In this document: positions 41,501-50,841 of the stretch, piece after piece
How the letters are laid out: each line of letters starts with the position of its first letter
Position numbering within the stretch: the first letter of the stretch is position 1
Assembly: GCA_963728205.1 (NCBI GenBank)
Contig: CAVSIV010000001.1
Location: 96,001-160,000, forward strand
From: an uncultured Chloroflexia bacterium
GTDB lineage: Bacteria; Chloroflexota; Dehalococcoidia; UBA2979
Direction of reading: 5' to 3'
Length of the DNA stretch: 64,000 bases
Position numbers and translations under genes: made by a program
Notes under the pieces: generated by a model
The model's input: only the letters and a program-made list of their open reading frames with translations
Told to the model about the DNA's origin: nothing
Database searches by the model: none

Positions 41501-42602
41501 GATCCGCAGTCCTTTCCGGTCGAGGAGTCGCCGGGATCACCGCCGAACTCACCGAGATCGGGCGCGTCGGTGGGGATCCTCTCCGACTCACAGAGAACAG
41601 TGGCCTGGCATTCCAGGGTTCGATTGTGGTTGGCCAGGGATTCGTGCTTGAGCCCGACGAAGCAGCTCAGCTGCTATCGATCGACCCTCGGAATGCCGAG
41701 GTCGTCCTACCCTACCTGAATGGACAGGACCTCAGCAGCAGACCGGATCAAAGTGCTAGCCGCTCTGTGATCTACTTCCGCGATTGGGATCTCGAGACCG
41801 CTCGCACCTATGGCGCACCATTCACTGTCGTGGAGAATGAAGTTAGACCGGAGAGGGCGCGGAACCCGCGCCGTGAACAGCGAGAGTTATGGTGGCGCTT
41901 CGAGCGCCCCAGAGTCGCCCTATATGAGGCCACACGATCGAACGAGCGCGTGCTTGTGAAGGCGCAGGTGGGCTCGACGTGGGGCTGGGTCTTCGTCCCA
42001 AACGGCCAAGTGTTCGATGCCAAGCTTAATCGTTTTCGCGTTCGGGGACTGGGCGAACTACGGGGTCCTGCAAGAGCTCGTTCACCGCGAATGGATGTGG
42101 CGATTCTCAACCACACTGAGAACCGACGACACATACACGCCGACGACGTGCTTTGAGACGTTCCCTCGTCCTCACGCCGAGGATGGCAACCTGCGCTCTG
42201 CAGCTGAGCGGTTTCATGAACTTCGACGTGACGCTTGTCTGGCGCGTGGCGAGGGACTCACGAAGGTTGCGAACCGGATGGATGACCCGGAACAAGCCGC
42301 GTCAGATATCGTCGCGCTTCGCGCACTCCAAGCCGCGCTGGATCAGGCAACCGTGAACAGCTACGGGTGGTCAGATCTCCATGTGCGCCACACGCACCGG
42401 GATGTGCGCGGAAAGCGACGCTTCGCCCTCGAAGGACAGGCTCGCAGTCGAGATCGTCGATCGTCTTCTCGAACTGAATCACGAACGCCATGAGGAGGAA
42501 GTGTCGCGCTCGGACTCAGTCGCGGGCCGTGGTCCGCGACGCGAGGCGGGCGAAGCCACCCCGCTTCCACTGTTCCCGTCCCTGGATGAGGCCAGCCAGT
42601 GA
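38572..42602 (+). CDS. drmMI: DISARM class I DNA adenine methyltransferase DrmMI (type IIL/Eco57I-like); frameshifted as sequenced
   Basis: H.EWLSLIEVSGPFLS, YGGSLFDPDRFPFLEGR, ALDVEQIGHVYEGLLD, YYTP, motif I DPTMGSGAFL, LYGVDINP, motif IV NPPF, RLLELNHER. Confidence 0.87.
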
Positions 42603-45600
42603 CCAGTCTGCAGCCGTCTCGGTGGGATCTCCGTGAAGGCCTCCTCTCGGCGGTCGTTGGCGAGCTCCGCACGGTCCGGCGGAAGGACCTGAGGAGGAGC
42701 TCACGCTCCGCCCGACCGACCGCTACCTCGTCGGGCGGATCGCGCCACGCGGCATCCTCGATCCTTCGGACAACGACACCCTCCCCGACGATCCGCTGCC
42801 CTCACCGGAAGAGGATGCCGACGAGGACGGCGCGCTCCAGGCTGAGTCGCTGACGCCTTCGTCCATCGGCATGACGTTCGCCGTCGATCCGGAGGCGAGA
42901 GCCGCTCTCGTCGACGTGAGGTGGGGTCGTTACGAGCGCGCGCCGAGCGAGAAGTACGAGACGGAGACCGGGAATCCGCGGACGATTTGGAAGCGCGTTC
43001 CCTGCGGCGGGACGTTCGAGAATCGCGCTCAAGGAATCCGCCATCGCCCCGCACGCGCCGGACGCGGAAGCGCCAGAGGTCGTCGTCCGCGGGCGCATTC
43101 GCAGGAGCGAGTCCGGCGTCTGGGTTGTCTCGCTCTTCCTCGTCAACGCGCAGCCCGAACCCGAGACGACCAAGGACACCGCGTGGCTGCTACAGCCGCT
43201 CATCCGCGTCACCGCAACCGATTGTGAGGCGGCGATCTTTCGTCGTCGCCCATTTGTGGAGACGCGCGGCGCCGGCGGCATGTTCGACACGTTCGAGCAG
43301 GCGTCCGCTGAGCGACGCACCGGTGGCACGTCGAGTTCGCCGTCGGGCACAACGTGTCCGTCCACGCCGACGTCCTCCCCGAGTCGCCCGACCGCGCGCG
43401 CTCCGTCGAGACCGCGGTGCTTCCCGTGTACGAAGTGCCCACGACGGAGTCACCAACCGAGGAAGACGGGCCCGAGTACGCCGGCCTCGAGCTCGACATG
43501 AAGGTGCTCGCGGAGGCGCCTGACGACGAGCTGGTCGAAGAGCTCCAACGCTTGTCTGCCGGCTACCGAACGTGGATCGAGCGCAACGGCGAGCTGCTCG
43601 CGAAGAAGCCCGACGACCTCGCACCGTTCGCGGACACGACCGAGCAGGTGCGCGCGACGTGGCGCGGCGCGCTCGAGCGGATCGAAGCCGGCATCGAGAT
43701 GTTGCGCGGCGATCCAACGCCGCCGGCGCCTTTCGCACGGCGAACCGCGCGATGGGCTCCAGCGCGTCCACAGCGAGTACGCCCGCCGTCGCCGCCGGGG
43801 TGAGCAGGTCACGGTCGAGCAGTTCGACGTCCCCGACAATCGCCGTTGGTACCCGTTCCAGCTCGCGTTCATGCTCCTCGCACTGGAAAGCGCAACGAAG
43901 CCCACCCATCGCGATCGTTCCATCCCGTCGACGCGATCGTCGATCTGCTGTGGTACCCCCGGCGGTGGAAGACGGAGGCCTACCTCGGGCTCGCCTCCTA
44001 CGCGATGGCGCTCCGGCGGTTCGAGGGCGTCGTCGACGGATACGACGGTGGGAGCGGCGTGGGCGTGATCATGCGCTACACGCTCCGACTGCTCACCGTC
44101 CAGCAGTTCCAGCGGGCTCCGCGCTGATGTGCGCGCTCGAGGTGATACGCCGCGAACGGGCGGAGGCGGGCGACATCGAGCTGGACGGGGCCGTTCCGCA
44201 TCGGCCTCTGGGTCGGCCGGCGCGCCTCCCCGACGCCACCGACCCAGCCGGAAGCGCTCGCTCGCTCAGGCGCGCGACGCGCACGTGGCGCGCGGGTCAG
44301 GCGTCAGCAGGCCCGCGCGACTCACCAGCTGCCCGTGGTCCGGTTCCGAACTCGAGCGCCGGTCGCGACATCCGCGGTCAGACGAAGGACCTGCGGGCGC
44401 ACACTCACGTTCTGCTCCCGACCCGCTCGGGCGCTGCCCGTTCACGCCGCGCCGCGCGCCCGACGAGGGCCTGCCGGTCGTGGTCGTGGACGAGGAGGTC
44501 TATCGGCTGCTTCCAAGCCTGATCGTCGCCACCGTCGACAAGTTCGCGCAGATGCCGTGGCGCGGTGACGTGCAGTCGCTGTTCGGCCGCGTCACCGCCG
44601 TCTGCCCGCGGCACGGCTTCCTCGCGCCGGACTCCGATGACACCGGTCAGCATCCGAAGCGGGGCAAGCACCCGGCCACGAAGCGGCAGGAGACGCTCCC
44701 CTCCGCCCCCCCGACCTGATCATCCAGGACGAGCTCCACCTGATTCGGGGCCGCTCGGCAGCCTCGTCGGGCTCTATGAGACCGCCATCGACGACCTGTG
44801 CAACTGGCAGCTCGGTGGCGAGCCCGTGCGCCCGAAGGTGATCGCATCGACGGCGACGATTCGCAATGCGGGGCAGCGGTCCACGGACTCTTCATGCGCG
44901 GTGTCGAGGTCTTCCCACCGCCCGGCCTCGACGTCGAGCGACGACTTTGTCGCACGGCAACGGACGGCGTCGCCTGAGGAGCCGGGCCGTCGCTATCTGG
45001 GGATCTGCGCGCCGGGCCGGGATCGTCCGTCCGTCTTGATTCGCGCATACGTCGCCATGCTGTCCGCGGCACAACAACTGTCGACGAGCACGGCGACGCT
45101 GTCGATCCATGGATGACGGTCGTCGGGTAGTTCAACTCGCTCCGCGAGCTGGGCGGGATGAAGCGCCTGGTCGAGGACGACGTGAAAACGCGTGCCTTCC
45201 GCATCGACTTCGACGAGGACCGCGTACCCCGCCCGGGCCTCGCCCAGCGCGACGTGCGCGTGATCGAAGAGTTGACGTCACGGAAGTCGTCGGCGGACAT
45301 CCCGAGAGATCCTCGACCGACTCGAGACGCCATTCGGCGGCGACCCGCGCGCGTGCGTCCGATCGACGTGCTCCTGGCGACCAACATGGTCTCGGTCGGG
45401 GTCGACGTTCGGCGGCTCGGCACGATGATCGTGAACGGTCAGCCGAAGACCACGGCGGAGTACATCCAGGCCACGAGCCGCGTCGGGCGTGCGTCCCCCG
45501 GTCTCGTGCTCACGGTGCTCAACTGGCGCGGCCTCGCGACCTCTCCCATTACGAGACGTTCGAGTACTTCCACGCGACGTACTACAAACAGGTCGAGGCG

Positions 45601-46071
45601 CTCTCCCTAACGCCGTTCGCGCCGCGCGCGCTCGACCGCGGCTTGACCGGCGTGCTCGCCTCGCTGATCCGCGCGTCCGAGCCTCAGTACGGACCGAATC
45701 CCGGCGCGGGGCTGGTGCGCGCGAGCGACCCCGCACTTCGCGCGCTCAGTGATCGAATCACTGGGCGGGCGTGGAACGTCGCGAACCTCGCCGCCACGCG
45801 CGACCTCGTCGACGAGGGTCTGCGCCAGCGGCTCGACGATTGGGCGCACGAGACCGAGGAGCCCGGCCGCCAGCTGGGGTACCGGACGTCTCGCGACGGG
45901 CAGACGGTGGGGCTACTGCGCGAGCCATCGAGCGAGCGGTGGGGCGAGTTCACGACGCCGACGTCGTTGCGAGAGGTGGAGCCCGCAGTGCGGCTGCTTC
46001 TCGGTTCCGGTGGTCACACAGAGGCGCCGGACTGGGAGCAACCACCCGCACCCGAGGACTCTCCCGAATGA
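42599..46071 (+). CDS. drmA: DISARM helicase DrmA; many frameshifts and an internal stop as sequenced
   Basis: PSSIGMTF, FAVGHNVSV, WYPFQLAF, damaged Walker A ..KTEAYLGL, MRYTLRLLTVQQFQR, ATVDKFAQ, IIQDELHL, ELTSR, LATNMVSVGVDV, EYIQATSRVGR, SLREVE; GTG overlaps drmMI stop. Confidence 0.87.
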
Positions 46072-47909
46072 CGACCGACAGTCTCCCAATCCGGGTAGGG
46101 GAGTTGCGCCCCAGCCAATTGATGTGGGCGCACGGCGTCGGTGCGCTCGTCGACCTCCCGCATCTCGCGGTGGTCGTGCAGGGGCTCAATCAGTGGAACC
46201 CGAATCAGTGCCGCCCAGTCACCGAGCCTCGGCTGCTGGCCGCGGTACGGCGCCGCGTGGGCTCGCAGGTCGCGGAGCTGAGAGCCGCTCCGCTGCCCCT
46301 CGTCAGCGATCGCCCGTTCGATCCATTCGGTGATGACGCGCGCATCGGCGTGCCGGTGACGCCGTTCCCCGAATGGCTGCGTTGCCCGATGTGCGGTTTG
46401 CTGGCGCCCACGCGCAGCCGGCTCTTCGAGCTGAAGGAGGAGCGATTCCGGCCCGACCTGGTCCGTTACGAGCACGGAAACTGCAACAAGGGGCGGCACC
46501 CCACCGCCGTCCACTCGATTCCTCGTCGCCTGCCGGGCAGGACATCTCGACGACTTCCCGTGGCACTACTACGTGCATCGGGGCGTGTCCGCGTGTCGTG
46601 GCCAGTTGCGCTTCTTCGAGCGCGGGGCATCGCTCGGACCGCCAACCTGTGGGTGCGGTGCGCCGAGTGCGACGCACAGCGGTCGATGGTCGAGGCGTTC
46701 GATCGCGAGAAGCCGACGCTTCCCGCCTGCCGCGGCCGCCACCCTCAGCTCGATCGCTTCGAGGCCGACTGTACGGAACATCTGCGTCCCATCCTGCTGG
46801 GGGCGTCGAACGGCTGGTTCCCGGTGACGATGGCAGTGTTGTCCGTGCCGGGACAGGTTGGGCGCCTCGATCAGCTCGTCGAAGAGCACTGGGGCGTCCT
46901 CGAGCACGCCGCGACGCCCGAGGTCCTCAAGGCGTTCCGCGCTACCGGTCAGCTCATCGCTTTCTCCCAGTTCGACGACGACGAGCTTCACGCGGCGGTC
47001 AGCAGATACCGCGCTCGCCTCGCGGGGGGCGGCGACAGCGACGTCGCCGTCGACCTGAAAACACCGGAGTGGGAGGCCTTCGCCATTCCGGGCGGCGGTC
47101 CACAGAACGCGGATTTCAAGGTGACGGCGAGTGAAGTCCCGGCCGGTGTGCCCGAGCTCGACAGCGTTCTCCTTGCCGAGCGCCTGCGCGAAGTGAACGC
47201 GCTCATTGGCTTCACGCGTGTCGAACCACCCGAGGACGGAGCTCAGACAACGGGCCGCAACGCGCCCCGATCTCGTCGAGCGGTCCGTCTTGGCTGCTGG
47301 CGACTGAAGTCCGCGGAGAAGGGGTGTTTCTCCGATTCGATGTGCCTCACTTCACAGAGTGGCTCGCCCGCCGCGAGGTCGCGGAACGAGCCGAGCAGCT
47401 CCGCGCGGGTACCGTCGCTGGCGCGCTGCCCGCCGGTTGCCGCCTGACGACGCTGCCTTTCCCGGACCACTGTTCGTGGCGATCCACTCGCTTTCCACGC
47501 GCTCCTGCGGGAGTTCGCGATCGACTGCGGCTACAGCGCAGCTTCGATCCGCGAGCGCATCTACGCGTCGGTCGAGGGCGGCGCGATCAACATGGCCGGG
47601 CTGATGCTCTACACGGCGGCGCCCGACAGCGAGGGAACGCTCGGCGGCTTGGTCGAACTGGGCAAGCCGGAGAACCTCGGGCCGCTGCTGAAGCGAGCGC
47701 TCGAGTCGGCTGCGCTGTGCTCCTCCGACCCGCTCTGTGCCGAACACGACCCCGTCACCGACCGGGCGTTGCACGGAGCGGCGTGCCATGCCTGTCTCTT
47801 CGCGTCAGAGACGTCGTGCGAGGTGGGCAACAGATTCCTCGACCGTGCTCTCCTCGTCCCGACGATCGCTACGGTTGGCGCGTCCGCCGCCTTTCAGCTC
47901 AGATCGTGA
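46068..47909 (+). CDS. drmB: DISARM DUF1998-domain protein DrmB; frameshifted as sequenced
   Basis: VGELRPSQL...GVGALVDLP, FPEWLRCP.C, ERLREVNALIGFTRV, SIRERIY, YTAAPDSEGTLGGLV, CSSDPLC..GAACHAC..SETSCE.GN. Confidence 0.9.
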
Positions 47910-48691
47910 CCTCCCGCTGGGTCTCGGCTGCGCTGCTCCAGGCGGCCGCAGAAGTGTCGGAAGAATCAGCGGATCTGCTGCGAGTTTCCTAATCGACGCG
48001 GGGAACCCAGCGACCGCACGCGCGCGACTCGGGAATGTGCCCACCAGTCGCCAGCGCCAGCTGCTCGAGGCGATCGTCAGCGAATGGGAACCCCGTCCTA
48101 GGGTCACCGGCGCTGGCTCGGAGCGGCGCTGCTCGCTGCACAGGCCGCCTTCGCGCAGGCCGAGGCGGAAGAGCGCGTCGAGCCTGATCTGGACGGGACC
48201 GCGTCCGGGAGAATCGACGCTCCGCCGGACGGACCAGGCGCTGTTCGAGGTGATTGACAGGGCGGCGCACCGGTTGCTGCTCGTGACCTACGCCGCTTAT
48301 CGCGTCCCCGCGCTGGAGGCGCACCTCGCCGGGGCGCGGGAGCGTGGGGTCGTCGTCCGCCTGATCCTCGAGTCGTCCGCCGCCGAAGGCGGGCACGTCT
48401 CGGTCGATCTGTTCCGCGCGCTTCGTTCCGCGGTGCCGGGCGCGGATGTCTACCAGTGGCCGGCCGAGGAGCGGCTCCGAGGACCGAGCGGAGAGTACGG
48501 CGCGTTGCACGCAAAGTGTGCTGTCGCGGATGGCCGCCTCGCCTTCGTCTCGAGCGCGAACCTGACGGGTAGCGCGATGGAGGCTGAACATGGAACTCGG
48601 CGTGCTGATCGAGGGCGCCGAGGTCGCGGGTCGCATCGAGCGGCACTTCCAGGGGCTGATCGACAGCAAGGTGCTACGAATCGTCTCGTGA
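47906..48691 (+). CDS. drmC: DISARM phospholipase D-family nuclease DrmC; frameshifted as sequenced
   Basis: LIWTGP...RRTDQAL, LLVTYAAY, HKD motif LHAKCAVAD, SSANLT, N.ELGVLI. Confidence 0.87.
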
Positions 48692-49167
48692 CCCTGGGGG
48701 GATCACCCGGATCCCACCGAGCTCGCATACCGGCGTCGCTTTCCCCGCGAGCACTTCTCCGACCACCGTCGCGACCCGCTCGGGACTCTCATGCTCCCAC
48801 GCGCGAACGACCGTCCAACCGGCATCCGCGAGACGTTCGTCGGTGTCGTCGTCGCGAGTCCTGTTGTCCCCTGGGCTCGTTGTCCCACCACTCGCGGTTC
48901 GACCTCGCCCGCGTGCCGTGCGTCGGACATCCGTGCCAGAAGCACCCGTCGACGAACACAGCGACGCGCTGCCTCGTGAAGACGATGTCGGCCGTGCGGC
49001 GGAGGCTCGGAACCGGCCGACGGCCGACGCGGTAGCCACGTAGACCGTGTCGCCAGAGTGCGGAGCGAACGGCGAGTCCTGCGGCGGTGTCACGTTGATG
49101 CGCGGCTCGCATACGGGTGCGGGCGGCGTCTGATGAAGGCGCGGGGGTGTCAGACTGCCGGCGGCAT
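48674..49167 (-). CDS. vsr: Very-short-patch repair endonuclease Vsr; frameshifted as sequenced
   Basis: RM...RDT..LAVRSALW..GLRGYR, ADIVF, AVFVDGCFWHGCP.H, N..WW, RD......L..AGWTVVRAWEHE. Confidence 0.87.
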
Positions 49168-49172
49168 CGACC

Positions 49173-50321
49173 TCAGCCCTCCGAGGCGTTGAGCGTTCGA
49201 CGTATGCAGCAAGTGAGCTCGAGGAATCCGGGCTCGAATCTCAGGCGGCTCGCTCGACTCGCCGGAGGAACCCGCTCGCGGCGCGCCACGAGAGCGGGTG
49301 GTGTTCGAACTGGAGGAACTCGTTGAGCGGCGGGGCGGTGTTGGCGACTGGCCACTCCGAGACTTCCGCCGCGAATCGCTTTCCGCAGGCACCGCGTCCC
49401 GCTCGCGGCCACCGGTCCTGATTGGTGAGCTCGTGTTCGGTACGCGGGCACTCGGCAGCCGGACATGCCAGCCGCCCGCCGAGCCATCGGGCAACCGGAA
49501 CGCTCACGGCGTTGCCGACGAGCTTCCAGCGAGCGCCGGGCGTGCCGCCAGGTTTGGTCCAGTCCACGGGGAAGCCTTGTAGTCGTTCCGCGTCACGGAT
49601 GTCCGGCGTGAAGAACTCCCCGGCGTCTCGGTTCCAGATCGCCGGTGCCGAGGGGATGCCTAGGCCGAGCTCCCCTTGAGAGGAGGAACTGCCTCGCGTA
49701 TCCAGCCGAGGCCGCGGTTGCCCTCGGTCCAGTAGAACCCGCCGAGCTTCCAAACATCGGGTTCCCGAGGCTGCTCGGCATCGTCCGCGAGCAGCACGGC
49801 ACTTGGGTCCTCGTCGCGCGAAGCGACGATCAGCACCCGGCGGCGTCGCTGCGGCAGTCCGAACGCGCGCGTATCGACCACGCGGTATGCCCATCGGAAC
49901 CCGAGGCGTTCGATCTGCTCGACGAGGTAACGCATTCCCGCCCCGCGGGCGAGTTGCAGCAAGAACGGAACGTTCTCGAGAACGAGCCACCGGGGCTCAG
50001 GGCCTCGACGCAGCAGACTCAAACACGCGGGCGACGAGTCCGGACTGCGGACCGCTGATCCCGGCCAGTCGTCCCGCTTGGCTCAAGTCCGTGCAAGGGA
50101 AGCCTGCGGTCACGACGTCGGCCTCGGGCAATGCTTCGAGAGTGAGCACGTCGTCGGCGATGTGACCCGTTCCGGCGAACCGGACTCCGAGCACGGTGCG
50201 TGCGGACGGAGCGTTCTCACACAGGAGCGCGGACTCGTAGCCCGAGCTCCTCAAACCGAGCTCCAAGACCGCCAACCCCCGCGAAGAGCCCGACGACCTT
50301 CTTCGGCTCAGCCATCGACAT
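49173..50321 (-). CDS. dcm: DNA (cytosine-5) methyltransferase; frameshifted as sequenced
   Basis: Motif I LFAGVGG, IV AGFPCTDLS, VI LENV, VIII FGLPQRRRR, IX AERLQGFP, X GNAV. Confidence 0.87.
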
Positions 50322-50404
50322 CCGGTTCCTGGTGCCCGTGACTTCGTCGCCTGGTATCGATTCGTCCGCCCGCCGGCACAGCAATCGACCCCGCCGACTG
50401 AAGC

Positions 50405-50830
50405 CTAGACCGGAAGCAACTCGTACCGGCAAATGAGGAAACCTGACTTTCCTCGGGCCTGCTTCGCGGAGGCCACGGAATACATGCCCCGGTATCGATA
50501 GCCCGAGTCCGTGCGATCGATCACCCGGACCGGATTCCCGCTCTCCACGTTCGTTGCCAACGATTGGTTGAGACCCGTGAACTGTTGGTCCGCACTTTGG
50601 CGGCCGGTCTCCGGGTCACGACCGCCTTGCCCGGTGTAGACAATGAGGTCTCCGTGGTCCTCGTCGTCTTCGTATCCACCGGTTAACAGAACGGACTCGG
50701 CACCCGCTCCTCGGATGCCACTGCCGCAGATCCCTCGCCTAATGTCCCGATGAACGCCATCTCGGTGCAGCGCTGTCCGGTCCGCGAAGATAGCCCCCGG
50801 CGCAACGCCGGCGACCGGCCCGATTGCCAT
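50405..50830 (-). CDS. Stand-alone YDG/SRA-domain protein
   Basis: G..F.DR.AL...GVHR....GI.G, GAESVLLTGGYEDDEDHGD.IVYTGQGG, N..L......PVRVI, YRYRGMY; intact 141-aa ORF with RBS GGAGG. Confidence 0.88.
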   Translation of the reverse strand: MAIGPVAGVAPGAIFADRTALHRDGVHRDIRRGICGSGIRGAGAESVLLTGGYEDDEDHGDLIVYTGQGGRDPETGRQSADQQFTGLNQSLATNVESGNPVRVIDRTDSGYRYRGMYSVASAKQARGKSGFLICRYELLPV

Positions 50831-50841
50831 CCGTCCTCCGC

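Larger units (their letters stand above)
32400..50840. mobile_element. Horizontally acquired defence island (boundaries approximate)
   Basis: Visibly more A/T-containing codons than the flanks, none of the four REP families, only defence-type genes; no integrase, tRNA or flanking direct repeat recognised. Confidence 0.65.

Noticed and set aside
33592-48691. Programmed ribosomal frameshifting or phase variation as the cause of the split ORFs
   Set aside because: Shifts are too numerous, hit catalytic motifs and are not at slippery heptamers or long homopolymers.
49173-50321. Calling the C5 MTase drmMII and the locus class II DISARM
   Set aside because: It is on the opposite strand and paired with vsr, no drmE-like gene was recognised, and drmD plus the adenine MTase define class I.
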